A stretch of 64,000 nucleotides of DNA from Eledone cirrhosa (GCA_964016885.1 OZ024743.1:32116001-32180000); one strand, 5' to 3'. Positions 1 through 13,462 are shown, counted from the stretch's first letter. A program made the numbers and translations. Notes: generated from the sequence alone by a model not told the origin.

Positions 1-297
1 TCCAATTTCATATTTAAGCTTTGAATCAAACCGTGTTTACATTTGAAGTCACTTCACTAAGTTTCTTTACACTGCGGTTGTATCTGGCCTCTCGTAATTG
101 CAAAACAATATTCCCTGTCAAACGACCATAGTTCTCCCTCATTTGTTAACTTTATTTCATTATGGTTTCAACCGTGATATTTGTTTTATAATCTAAGCAA
201 ATTTTCATTGGAAATGTATATTTGCTTACTGCGTAAAAGCAGTATTGAATTTTATGGTTTCAATGAAATTCTCAACATAATGTATGTATTCTTTGTG

Positions 298-862
298 GAG
301 CGTCGGAAAACATGCTTTATGACACAGAGTTACGGCCCTTTACATTCTGAGTTCAAATCCTGCCGAGGTTAGCTTCGTCTTTCATCCTTACGAGGTCGAT
401 AAAAGGAAGTACTAGTAATGCACTAGCGTCTATTTAATCGACTTTCCCCTTCCCCAAAAAATTGTTAGTCTTGTGCCTAAATCAGTAACCATTATTTCCT
501 ATACACTGAAGGGCGGTGAATTGGCAGTATCGGTAGAGGGTTGGACGCCATGCTTTCTAGCATAGTTACGTCCCTTTACAGTCTGAGTTCAAATCCCGCC
601 GAGGTTAACTTTGCTTTTCATCCTTATGGGGTCGATAAAATAAAGTACCAGTAACGTACTTGGTAATTGCTGGCCTTGTGCCTAAAGTAGAAACAATTAT
701 TTCCTATACAACGAGTGATGGATTAGATAAATGAATCGGAAGAGCGTTGAACAAATGCTTTTCTATAATTAGTTCTCTCATTACGTTTTGAGTTCAAATT
801 TCCCCGAGGTTAACTTTTCTTTTCATCTTTCTGGGGTCGATCTAATCGACTATAACCATTCT
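298..862 (+). mobile_element. Cluster of three tRNA-derived SINE copies (about 298-496, 510-701, 720-862), the dominant SINE family of the window
   Basis: Best copy 510-701 has an A-box-like TGGCAGTATCGGT and B-box GAGTTCAAATC, then body GCCGAGGTTAACTTTGC..GGGGTCGATAAAATAAAGTACCAGT..GGCCTTGTGCC..AGAAACAATTAT. The same body recurs many times in the window. Confidence 0.85.
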
Positions 863-1619
863 GAAAACTGTTGCATTCTTTCCATGTGTTAAATTATTAT
901 CAAAATCAATATTAATTGGCCTCGTAAAAATGGTTGCTGCTCTGCCAGTATTTGTAGAACGTTTAATAAAATCCTTGAGGTATTTAAGCGCGTATCTTTG
1001 CGTTCAGATTTCAAATGCTGCCGGGGTTAACATTACATTTCATCCTTTCAAGGTTATTGAAGTGGCGATTCGTCAAGAACAGAGTTGGTTAATTCCCCAC
1101 TCTATCCACGCTCGGATCTCCCAAATGTGTACGAACTTTTGCTGATTTTACAAATCGTTATTATTTCCTGTGAATATTATTTCCTGCAGGAATAAATTAG
1201 TTCCTATGTCATTTTACAAATATCACTTTTTTTGCACGGCATTTTCATAGCACCAGTATTTACATCAAGTTTGATTATTAGTGATGTGACAACATACAGG
1301 GATATTTCTAATTGAACAAACAACACTGTCGAATATCCAATAACATCAATTATGTTATCTGCAGTGTTTCAGCCGACATAATGATATTCCACTTTCTCTA
1401 GTGTTTCCATTAACTTCATGCATTATAACGGACATTATTTCATACTCATTTCTCATGAGTTCTGTAAAGTAGTTTTGTATCATAAATTATTGGCCTGGCA
1501 GTTAATACATCATCATCCAAATGTTGCGTCTGCCTTGATAGCATCTTTAGATAAAATGTGATGTAATTTCTTTCGAAGTGAGAAGATTCATGTCTGTGTC
1601 ACAGAATTCCTCAAAATGT

Positions 1620-1700
<81 letters not shown>
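1620..1700. repeat. (GATA)n microsatellite
   Basis: Perfect tagatagata run. Confidence 0.95.
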
Positions 1701-1708
1701 AAGTCTAA

Positions 1709-1981
1709 AGTCTACCTTAAGCCAGAAGGCTCATTTGGCCGGTGCTTATCCTGGTTTCATAGCGTGAAGCGACTGAGAGTACAAGAATCCCAACTGGACA
1801 GGACGCCAGTCCATTGCAGGGTTAAACCCCCAGCTATTGTTAGTACTCATTTTCAGCTGAGTATTCTGGAGCAGCGTGAAATGAAGTGCTTTGCTCAAGA
1901 ACACAACACGCAACCTATAAATCTACCCCATGACATTATGATCGTAAAGTCCAACATCTTACCACTAGGCCACGTGCCTCC
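1709..1981 (-). mobile_element. CORE-domain SINE
   Basis: Minus strand reads GGAGGCACGTGGCCTAGTGGTAAG (tRNA-like head) then GTGTTGTGTTCTTGAGCAAAGCACTTCATTTCACGCTGCTCCAG..CTCAGCTGAAAATGAG, resembling the MIR/CORE domain. Related copy at 35282. Confidence 0.7.
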
Positions 1982-2036
1982 ACACACACATATATAAATA
2001 TATAAATATATATATATATAATATATATATATATAT

Positions 2037-2104
<68 letters not shown>

Positions 2105-2111
2105 GCTTCTA

Positions 2112-2154
2112 CAGGACTAGAGCTGTTTCTTTCGGAAGAAATCGTCAGGAACTG
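2112..2154 (-). ncRNA. Degenerate minimal hammerhead ribozyme motif
   Basis: Minus strand CTGACGA-TTTC(TTCC)GAAA-GAA-ACAGCTCT-A. Core and stem II are intact; stem III palindrome and stem I are mismatched. Confidence 0.4.
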
Positions 2155-2203
2155 AGTAGCTTACTTTCTATGGTTACCCCCGATTGAACCCGAGATAAAC
2201 ATA

Positions 2204-2239
<36 letters not shown>

Positions 2240-3456
2240 TGTATGTATGTATGTATGTATATACACCCCCGATTGAACCCGGGATAAACATATATATATG
2301 TATCTGTGTATGTATATATATATATATATATATAGTTTGTGTTATTTAGTTACATATTATTTTGGTTTTCCCCAATTTGTAGTCGATAAAATAAGCAGTA
2401 TACTAGAATAAGTACTCGAGTAGATGTAATCAATTGTTCCAGTATGGCCACAGTCCAATAAATGAAACTAGTAAAATAATAAAAGAAAGTGCGTATAAGC
2501 TGGCAGTTTAACGCCATCAATTCCGTCATCTTAGTTCAACTTCACTGATCTATAAAGAAAACCTTTCCACAGAAATCTTATTCAGTTCTTGAGAAGTGTC
2601 ATCTACCGTTTAATGATGGGAAAACATTTAATCTGCAGTTTATCATTTTAATACATTTGCATTTCTTGAGTTCCCTGCTTTAAGACGTTTTGATAATATG
2701 TAGGTTGTAAAAGTTGAGTAAGTTAAATCAATGAATACATTCTCCTAAAGAAGATTTGTGAGAAAACGAATGGTAAAATCACAGGAATTTTTATACAAAA
2801 TAAGATATATTATGTTATTAAAATATGATGGACTGAACATTTTCATCATTTTCCTGAAGAAAAGTATAGAAAAATCTATTTAGATCAGCATTCATGGAAG
2901 AAATAATAGTTGCTTCAATACATCAATGCGAAATTAATGCTGCAGGATTGACTATATGATAACTTAGAGTCCGATTTGCTGTCAACGAGGAGACAGATGT
3001 TGTTGAAATATGAATAAGTGGACGCCAGTTTGAAATCAATGATCCAAGAATATATTACATTGCATTATGAAGAATAAATAACCAATTTTTCTGCAGTTAG
3101 TAATATTATGCAGGTAAATTTTGACCTTCAACCTCTAACAGTTATCCCTTTTCTCCGCTGTACTTTATTATTGCAATTAATATTATAAACTAACATTCAA
3201 ACAAAAAGTTCAACAATAATATGTATAAAAATTATATATATATGTGTGTGTGTGTGTGGGGGGGGGGGGGGTATGCAGCACTATTTTGCTTCTTTCTCTT
3301 TTTCATTTTATTTTAACCTATAATACGGTTTCAAAACATGGAGATGAAATAGAATTCGTTTTTATCTTCATATTAATTTTATTTTTCAGAACTTGCATTA
3401 ATAGATAGTTTTTGGTAGTGGAAGAAAACATTAAATTAATAATAATTATTACAAAT

Positions 3457-3487
<31 letters not shown>

Positions 3488-4639
3488 GTGACTAAGGGCA
3501 ATTAAAAAGATCATAATTCATACATACAACTAGAGGTAACGCCAACATCGTAGGGGTTACATAAAGCGTTTGGGAGCGATTAAGAAAAAGTTATCTAAAA
3601 CGAAAGGAGAGTTTTTAAAATGGGGTATAAATAAGGTTATAAGTACGTTGGAATAAATCAAATATGATAATATTTGAAAGAGCGTACAAAACATTTTGGG
3701 TTTCCCCACACAAAGGAATAAAAACTTACTGCTTATGTCGGATTAGAGCATTACAAGCCTCTGCCCTTCTGCTACTGATCATATTAGGATTTCATGTGCC
3801 CAAATATGATCGTTAACACTGCATGAAAAGAAACAAAACTCATCCCACATTTTGACGTTTTTGGTAAATGTCTATCTTCAAAATGTTTCCAATATTCTGA
3901 TCCAATTTTCTTTTCGCCAATAAATAAATCGTCCTCTCTTTTAAACATCAGCTCGTTTGCTTTATTTAAACAACTGCGTAATTGCTGGCCTTGTACCAAT
4001 AGTAGAAACAATTATTTCGTTATGGATCTCTACGTTCTGGTTTCAACACCTGCCAATGACAACTTTGCTTTTCATCATTACGGATTCGATAGAATATATT
4101 TTAAATCCAATATGGTGTCAACTTAGCCCAATTTTACCTCCCTTTAAATTGCTGGCCTTGTGCATCATAAGAAATTAATATATTGTCATAAAGACTAAAG
4201 AATAATGAAAATCTGCAGAAAATCAGAAAAAATATCTTTGACAGAATATACGCCTCTTCTGCAATGTCAGTTAAAAGCCGACTGATGTTGTCTGCTACTT
4301 TTATTCTTCCGATTTCCAAACATTCTTTCAAGCTATGACTACTGACAGGATCAAACTTCACACATTATTTCATCCTAATCGAAACTATTATGATTTCCAT
4401 CCTTCCGGTTTACACAAAATTCATTGAAATTTTGCGGCACTTATCTTTCCTAATCGTAACCTAGACCAAACTCTAGAATTTCCACTTGAACGCTGAAGTT
4501 AAAGACAGGATTTTTCAATAATTTGCCTGGATTTTTATCAGAAGAAATGGTAAACCATACGATTTTCCTACATGAAATCTTTACTGCAGATGTGTAGAAC
4601 TTAGTTTCGAATGGCTAATGTAAATCTGCTCGGAAGGCT

Positions 4640-4876
4640 GTCTAGCAACCACCGTTGCTCGTTTGTTCAACACTGACAAAGGAACGCTGTTAGTTTCAAG
4701 CTTATTAGCTATCGTCAGCAACGTATACCTTCCTTTCCAGATTGTTGAACGTCTGAAAGTATATACTTTCCTTATGCATATTAACGGCTGAGTAGCCCAA
4801 TTTGCATATCGAGTGGGTTAATCGGCCGGGTGCACTTTGTCAGTGTTGAACAAACGAGCAACGATGGTTGCTAGAC
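4640..4876. mobile_element. MITE-like element with about 42-bp terminal inverted repeats
   Basis: GTCTAGCAACCACCGTTGCTCGTTTGTTCAACACTGACAAAG (4640-4681) is the reverse complement of 4835-4876 with about one mismatch. A second, inverted copy lies at 5110-5304. Confidence 0.75.
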
Positions 4877-5857
4877 CTACGGCTTAATACGGGATGTTTG
4901 TTTACAAACACACCGAGCATTCTAATAAATGTTCGGTGAATCCATACGTACATATATATATGTGTGCATGCATGTATGTATATATATATACATACTACTG
5001 TATGTCTGTATACATATATGTATGTACGTGTACATACTTATATTTAAGTAACAGCCGTACTAAGAGTGAGAAATGAAATTTCGTTTCATTTTTCCGTTTA
5101 TCGTTTTCGGTGCATCCGGCCGATTAACCGACTCGATATGCAAATTGAGCTACTCAGCCGTTAATATGTATAAAGAATGTATATACTTTCAGACGTTCAA
5201 CAATCTGGCAGGAAGGTATACGTTGCAGACGATAGCTAATAAGCTTGAAACTAGTACAGCGTTCCTTTGTCAGTGATGAACAAACGAGCAACGGTGGTTG
5301 CTAGTCACTGTACGGTTTAATTCGGGATGTTTGTTTATAAACAAACCGAGCATTATAATAAATGTTAGGTGAATACATACGTACATATATATATGTGTGC
5401 ATGTATGTATATATATATACCTACTACTGTACGTCTGTATACATATATGTATGTACGTGTACATACTTATAGAGATATATATATATATATACGTGTATAA
5501 GAAGAAAGCAAGGACGGGAGAAGTCTTCCTTATCAGTTGTCTGCTGGGGACCTCGGATATTTCTAATATCCAAGACCCCCCCCCCCCCCCCCGTTCTTGC
5601 TTTCTCATTATTATTAAGCATATCTTATCTAGCCACTACAGAGCCACTTCTCTTCTTCATGTATATATATATATAAATATATTTACTATCCAAGAAAAAC
5701 TTGAACCGTTAAAGTATCTTTTCTTGGCTATGTCAAAATTTATAAAACACACTTTCTATTTTATCTGAGAGCGTACAAAAGTTTTGGTTCCCGTGAAATA
5801 TATATAACAAAATAAATATGGTTTTATAAATATAGTTTCCATTTATTTAATATCATT

Positions 5858-6063
5858 GTATAAATATATATACATATATATATATACATATATACATATA
5901 TATATATACATATATATATACATACATATATATATACATATATGTATATACATATATATATATATATACATATATGTATATATATATATACATATGTATA
6001 TATACATATATATATATATACATATATGTATATATACATATATATATACATACATATATATAC

Positions 6064-6094
<31 letters not shown>

Positions 6095-6231
6095 CATATA
6101 TATATACATATACATATATATATATATATACATATATATATACATATATATATACATATATATATACATATATATATACATATATATATATACATATATA
6201 TATATATATGTAAATATATATATATATAAAT

Positions 6232-6266
<35 letters not shown>

Positions 6267-6333
6267 AATATATATATATATAAATATATATATATATAAA
6301 TATATATATATATAAATATATATATATATAAAT

Positions 6334-6396
<63 letters not shown>

Positions 6397-6443
6397 TATA
6401 TATATATATATATACATATATATGTATATATAAATATATATAA

Positions 6444-6474
<31 letters not shown>

Positions 6475-6565
6475 AATATATATATATACATATATATATA
6501 TATAAATATATATATATACATATATATATATATAAATATATATATATACATATATATATATATAA

Positions 6566-6628
<63 letters not shown>

Positions 6629-6629
6629 C

Positions 6630-6660
<31 letters not shown>

Positions 6661-6949
6661 CATATATATATATACATATATATATACATATATATATATA
6701 CATATATATATACATATTTATATATATATATACATATATACATATATATATACATATATATATATACATATATATATATACACATATATATATACATATA
6801 TACATATATATATACATAAATACATATATATATATACATATATACATATATATATATACATATATATATAAATATATACATATATATATATACATATATA
6901 TATATACATATATACATATATATATATATGTATATATAAATATATATAA

Positions 6950-6980
<31 letters not shown>

Positions 6981-7096
6981 AATATATATATATACATATA
7001 TATATATATACATATATATATACGTATATATATATATACTTATATATGTATATACTTATATATATACATATATATATACATATATATATATACACA

Positions 7097-7136
<40 letters not shown>

Positions 7137-7330
7137 CATATATATATACATATATATATACATATATATATACATATATATATATACATATATACATATA
7201 TATATACATATATATATACATATATATATACATATATATATAATCATATATATTTACATATATATATATAATCATATATATATATAAATATATATATATA
7301 ATCATATATATATATACATATATATATACA
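5858..7330. repeat. Long (TA)n/(TATACA)n low-complexity tract
   Basis: About 1.5 kb of TA dinucleotide interrupted by C or A; source of the spurious YIYI ORFs. Confidence 0.97.
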
Positions 7331-7424
7331 AACAAGAACATACATCAAACAAAATACTATACACACACGCAAACGCATGCGCAGAGAAGACAAAAATAAA
7401 CAAATAAATAAATAACTAAACAGA

Positions 7425-7712
7425 CTAAATAAAAATGGCGTAGGCATACACTGCAACGGGAGCAAACATAATAGCACCACTGACGATGTTGCAGATGTGC
7501 AACGAAAGAAATTTGATAGAATATATATATGTGTTTGTGTCTATATTGTATCTGTATTTCTGACCGTTCGTCAGTCAATGGTAACATTGAGGACCGAATA
7601 AATTAAATTAACCGATATAAAAGACACAGAAGCGAAAACCAACCAAACAGTGAGTGTGTTATGTTATTAATTCTGGCAATATTATTACACAAATATGACC
7701 CTCCCCAAGTAT

Positions 7713-7720
<8 letters not shown>
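7425..7720 (-). mobile_element. Unclassified interspersed repeat; homologue at 62929-63190 on the opposite strand
   Basis: AATATGACCCTCCCCAAGTATAACAATAT, CAGAAGCGAAAACCAACC and AAAATGGCGTAG are reverse complements of sequence at 62929-63185. Confidence 0.7.
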
Positions 7721-7751
<31 letters not shown>

Positions 7752-7752
7752 T

Positions 7753-7807
<55 letters not shown>

Positions 7808-7816
7808 TGGTTACAA

Positions 7817-7897
7817 AACAGTTAGTTCACATGTCCATTACGAGCTGAGGATATGCTAAGGTGAAACAATTGTTCTCGATATGGTGAACTAATTGTT
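7817..7897 (+). ncRNA. Minimal type I hammerhead ribozyme with extended stem I, in a 170-bp island within (TA)n
   Basis: CGAG-CTGAGGA-(tatgctaaggt)-GAA-ACAATTGT-T-CTCG; outer stem AACAGTTAGTTCAC/GTGAACTAATTGTT. Stem II is poorly paired. Confidence 0.65.
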
Positions 7898-8094
7898 ATG
7901 TTACCTCTACCTAACTCGTCCCATGGACTGAGTGCTCTACCACTACGGATATTACCTCCCAGTGTTCTACCACTATAATATATATATATACATATATATA
8001 TACATATATATACACATATATATATACATATATATATACATATATATATACATAAAGAGATTACAATAATCAAAGTTCAGTTTAAATCATTTAT

Positions 8095-8143
8095 TTGCTT
8101 ACAATTGTTTCATCCAAACCGAGGTTTGGATTCTTCGGAGCAA
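8095..8143 (-). ncRNA. Minimal type I hammerhead ribozyme (U4C core variant)
   Basis: Minus strand TTGCT-CCGAAGA-ATCCAAACCTCGGTTTGGAT-GAA-ACAATTGT-A-AGCAA: perfect stem I, long perfect stem II, palindromic stem III. Confidence 0.75.
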
Positions 8144-8614
8144 CTATTTAGTGATCTATAACATACTTGACCTCCTTTTCAACACAAGAGACATATAAAA
8201 ACATATGCATATATTGACCCACAGTGGGATGACATCCATCATAATGATATAACATGGCAATTTACATATAAAGGTTAAAGGATAAAAATAAAAATAAAAA
8301 TAAAAATAAAAATAAAAGTAAAAATAAAAATAAAAATAAAAATAAAACATTGGCAGTTTATGAAGATAAAGCAAAAGGAAAGTTTAGAGTAGTCACTGTA
8401 TGAAACAATCTCACGTGTAGCATGCACCCGTGTCTTATTTATACAGGATTAGAGTGCGGCAGATTGTTACTTGTAGGATCAGGCAGTTAAAGCAGGCAAT
8501 CAATAGTATTAAGTGGGCTGCATAATATACACATATATATATACATATATAATATACGCATAGATATATAATATAATATACATATTTACAACATATATAC
8601 ATATATATACACAC

Positions 8615-8645
<31 letters not shown>

Positions 8646-8684
8646 CATATATATATACATATATACATACATATTTCATACCTA

Positions 8685-8688
<4 letters not shown>

Positions 8689-8772
<84 letters not shown>
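8689..8772. repeat. (TG)n microsatellite
   Basis: Perfect run. Confidence 0.95.
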
Positions 8773-8774
<2 letters not shown>

Positions 8775-11259
8775 CTTTTGTTAAGGGTTAAACTAGTTTA
8801 TAAACAAATGCTATTAAGCCCAATCACTGTGTTCTGTTAGTTTGTCCTTAGGAAATAGTGGTCAATAGAATAAGCACTAGTCTGATAATGTACTGGATTC
8901 GATGAGATCTGCTAAAGACTATGGTGGTGCTTCATTGTTGCCGCCCTCCAATATTTGAAACGAATAAAAAAAATAATAGAATACATATTTACAAAGAAAT
9001 CGCTCTATTGCATTTAAAAATCTACTTACCACTGCTTATCACCAATGTGTATATACATAAATCGACCATGTTGACAAATTTCCAGAACAGATAGGCTCTT
9101 GCAGTCATCTTTCTTCAACCGAATATGATTGCTTTTATCTTTATAGAAATTGCTTCATAAATTTCCACTCTAATTAACATGCAGTCATAACTAATTTCAT
9201 CGTTTCATGTTAATATGATGTTCGGTTATTTCCGTGACGTTTGGCTGTCCCTCACATAGTTAATTTGGAAGCCATAACCATCACAATATGCTATTTCCTC
9301 TCCCTACATATTTTGTGGCCTTGTGCTTGCGCCAAAAAAATCAATACTTTCCGAAATTGATACGATGTTAGTTTGTATCGCTTTTCATTGTAGAATTTAT
9401 ATATTCTCTGCCGAATGAACATTCCAACATTCCATTTCGCTTCACCTATAAATTTCTTATTCACAGAAGCCCACAAATTTATAGAAGCAAGTTATATACG
9501 CTTGTAATACGATGCTTTATCTCTTCGACACTTTCTTTTAACAGTCGTACATTTTACATTTTTAAACCGACTACAATCATTAATGTTTGCAAGAATACTA
9601 TAATCTGTATCAAAGGTTAGCTTATTCAATTCTTGTTGTTGTTATTTAACCCTGGTTATCTCTCCCCAAGCAGATCTAAGATCAAATACATCCTAACTGT
9701 GCCCATCCTGTTTTTTTCAGACAGTTAATCTCACTCTATATTATCCAATATGGAGTCCGTTTTTAAAAACGATAAAATGAGATATAAAATAGAGTGTGCC
9801 GTTATATTTAGCTGGTCGAACGACAACGTTAAAACTTTCTAGTTGGCTCGAAACAGCATGAGCAGTTATTACCGACTTTTGATAAGTTATTTCAACATTT
9901 AATATCCTTTGAACATTAAACTTCCTGAGTACTTGGATTTGCATATGTCAGGTGGCAAACACAAACGGCCAAGTCACTTGATAAACTGTTTGAAGTAAAG
10001 TTCATAAAACAGAATACCATTTTGTGAATATTATTGAACTCACTTTTGTTGGCAGCGAGCATTACCTGTTGCCTCGGATTCAAGTATTTCACTTTGATAA
10101 AGTAGATCGATACATTTTAAATCCGTATTGACTTTATTTTCGCTGTAGCAGATTATATCCAGTAGCCTTATAGTATACAGAGTTTGGGTTGTCACGCTTT
10201 ACTGCAGGGCATTAATAACAAACAGGTGTTTTATTTATTTACTTAAGTTAGCCATAAGTCTAACAGTTATGGAATAAAGATCTCAATGATTGAATCCACC
10301 TGCTACGTCTTTTATCAACGGCGAATGGATAAATCTAATAACTGAATCTGGAAAATAATAACTTTTAACATAGTGAGGCCCCAGGAAATGCCCTTAAACG
10401 GCAAGATATTTAATCTGGTGTTTCACCGTTTTAAATCAATATCACATCAAGTGTCACTACTGCTTGAAATACGTCAAATGTGTTCTTAATAACCTGCAAA
10501 ATATTTAATTGATCAGGTTGTGTTTATACAATGTATTCCGTTGCAAACAAAGCGGCAAAGTTATTGAAATTGTTATTGGAAATCGTAATTTTAATTATAT
10601 GATGCGATGGACTTGTATTAGTTGTTCGTCAGTGTTATCTTTTGATTTTTTAATGCTAAAATATTGGCTGCGTGTTGATTAAAAAGATTATTACATTCGA
10701 AGAAAGCATAAAATCACTTGGAATTAAAAGTCAGCAAATATTCTTTGAATCTTGCTTTTATATAAATCACTTATGAAACAATCTTGAATTTCTATCACTT
10801 TTTTTTTCCTTCTAATTTGATGACATCAGGTCAATATCAACATTGATCCTTTTGGACTCGATAAAAACAGTGAACCATCAATACCCCGTGTTAATTTAAC
10901 GGTCTATAGATAGCCATCGTTTTTAAAAGCACTGTTTATTATACATTGTCAAAAGATATTAATTTGATGACAAATAGCATATACAGTATCTGTTCTTGTT
11001 GGTTGACACCATTTTGTATACATTAAAAAATGTTGTATTACATTGAATAGACTACCAGGTGATATATGTCGGTGCGAGTTCGTAGCATTTTCATGTATAA
11101 TATTTAGCTGTCTCCTAGTTTACATTCATAGATACATTACGAAATACACTCCCCACCACCACCAATCCACATGCACAAACACTTATACACTCGCGGAAAA
11201 CCGCCGGGGGTGGAGAGTGGTATTTCTGCAAGCATGTGTATATTTATATATATATATAT

Positions 11260-11485
11260 CAGGGGCGATGAAAGCATTTCTGATTTGGAGTGCCAAATTT
11301 GGAAAATTTAGTTGTAGTGATTAGGTTAGCTCTTAGCACTCTAAAATGATCAGAAATCTTCGATATGCGATAAACATAATATATACATAAATTGTAGCGC
11401 ATATCCAAATAAATATGTGTTTTGGTAGTTTGGGGAGAAAATATAATTATTGGAGGGGAGCACCCCCCCAGTTCCACCGCCATTG
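11260..11485. mobile_element. Possible old MITE in TA context
   Basis: Imperfect terminal inverted repeat CAGGGGCGATGAAAG versus reverse complement CAATGGCGGTGGAAC; TA on both sides. Confidence 0.35.
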
Positions 11486-11760
11486 TATATATATACAATT
11501 TAATAAATATTATCCCTTGTACCCTTTCCTACGGAGTAAATATATCGAGCTTCTTCACATTTGATAAGAAACTGGTATTATACCCAATGTATTCATATAT
11601 ATACATTCATTTATTATGTCTATTGGTGAGCTAGCTTTGTTGCTCTGAAGTTTCACCTGCTCACTCACAAAATCACTAGTCTTTTCTGCTTATCCATAAT
11701 GAATGAATATCTCTACTTCGGTATTGAGTTTTCTTTCTTAAGTCCGTCAATAATTCACGT

Positions 11761-12060
11761 ACTCTCAGGTTTTGAATAATCGTCCCCACTTCCCGCTTAT
11801 TAATTTGTCACATTTTTTGTGTGCAAACCCAAAATGTTTTTATTCCACACCCATTCCCCTCCCGCTTATTAAATTTTGCTAATCTATCTCCGGCAAAATG
11901 TTATTGTAAGTGATTCATATTGATACAGCAGCTGGAGAATCCAATAATTTTATTTTACATTAAATAAATATTATATATGACAAAAAATAACATTATACAA
12001 TTACTGGTTCCACCCCACCCCCATTATTGCCACCCCTCCTATTATTTGGGACCCGAGAGT
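11761..12060. mobile_element. MITE with imperfect 20-bp TIRs
   Basis: Left ACTCTCAGGTTTTGAATAAT versus reverse complement of the right end ACTCTCGGGTCCCAAATAAT; internal CCCGCTTATTAA repeats. Confidence 0.55.
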
Positions 12061-12069
12061 GCTACCAAA

Positions 12070-12375
12070 GTCTCCTCCTCTCTATGTCTATCACAGAAAA
12101 CTCTCTTGTAATCTCCCTCTCTGTATCTACTAAAACTAAATTCTACCCCTATCTATATCTACCACGACACCGCCTCTCTAATCCCACTCTCTATATCTAA
12201 GACGAATACTCTCTAAATCTCTATAAATATCTACACTTATTTCTCCCAATCCCCCTCTGTATATCAATCACCCCTAAACTCTCACCCTCTATATCCTCTA
12301 TATATATCTTCTATACAGCACTCTCACATTATCCCTCCCTGTATATCTACAACCACTAAATTATCCCCTTCCCTA
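12070..12375. repeat. Degenerate minisatellite (about 35-40 bp unit, CTCTCTATATCTAC core)
   Basis: Recurrent ctctctaatccc..ctctctatatctac motif. Confidence 0.6.
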
Positions 12376-12600
12376 TTGTTCAAGCCTCTGAAACTGATAT
12401 TCGAGTTAACAAGGTAACAAAAGCTACTAACTCGATGTATTATAGTAGCTAACTATGGAAGAAGTAATAGGTCAATTTTCTTTAAATTATTATACAACTA
12501 TAAGTCTTGAAAAGGAAGAGACACTCAAAAGATTTGTCCTAGATATTCACTATCTGAGAGAAGAATGGTATATGCCTGGCTGGAATAATTTTGACCATAT

Positions 12601-12801
12601 CAGACCTGTCAACTCTGCCCTTCCGACGCCCCCCCCCCCCCCCCCCTCCCCAATAGCCTTTGAGTGGGTGAGATCTCTTCTCTTGGGAAAATGGGTGTAG
12701 CATTCATTATGTAAAATCTCCCCATTTTGCCACATTTCTCCCCGTTTTGGGGCACTTTTTCATGGTACTCCCCGTTTGGATCTTTAGACGTTGGAAAATC
12801 T
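12601..12801 (-). mobile_element. About 190-bp MITE family with CAGACCTG(C/T)CAAC TIRs (hAT-like), copy 1
   Basis: Same body (GTACCATGAAAAAAGTGCCCCAAAACGGGGAGAAATG..) as 51584, 55867 and 57590. Confidence 0.75.
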
Positions 12802-12910
12802 ACATATGCCTTCTGACTATATGTGGCTACCCAGAAGTTAATCAATAAAAATATTTTAAATTCCATCTCCTCACACATCTCTTTAGACATCGACATCTAC
12901 AAACATTAAT

Positions 12911-13462
12911 AATAATTGTTCCAGTACATTACTGCTACTTTATTTTATCGACCCCGTAAAGATGAAAGGCAAAGTTAACCTCGGCGGGATTTGAACTGAG
13001 ACCGTAAAGGACCGTAACTCTATGCTGCAGATCATGGTGTCCGACTCTCTACCGATACTGCTACTTCATTTGTTCTTACTTCTTAATACCACAAAAAAAT
13101 TAAGTATATTTCAAGCCACACCAACTTTAGAAGTGTTAGATATAGCAAAAGGAAGTATATTGCAGTTTTTTCTGACCTATACGGATCAAATGATAAAATA
13201 ACATTAATATCAAAGGGCCAAATAAATGTCAAGGAGACGACAGATATACATATACAGATATTTGTGTGTATGTGTACATGTGTGTGTGTGTGCATATATA
13301 TAAACCTTAATAGGCAATAATAAAATGTTTTCTGGTTTAGGACAAGGCAAACAATATAGGTCGATAGGAAAGTCGATTGAATCGATCAGTGCGTTACTGG
13401 TACTTTATTTTATCGACCAAGTAAAGATGAAAGGCAAAGCTAACCTCAGTGGGATTTGAACG
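12911..13462 (-). mobile_element. Two tRNA-SINE copies (about 12911-13068 and 13323-13462)
   Basis: Reverse complement of the 510-701 family (TTTATTTTATCGACCCCGTAAAGATGAAAGGCAAAGTTAACCTCGGCGGGATTTGAACT). Confidence 0.8.

Noticed and set aside
3455-4630. CR1/L2-like 3' relic with (TAAA)n tail
   Set aside because: Only vague peptide resemblance; too degraded to support by eye.
5824-7341. Long ORFs of up to 386 aa (YIYI..), and similar ones at 38.7, 49.3 and 59.6 kb
   Set aside because: Translations of TA/TG/CT microsatellites or N gaps; no coding signal.
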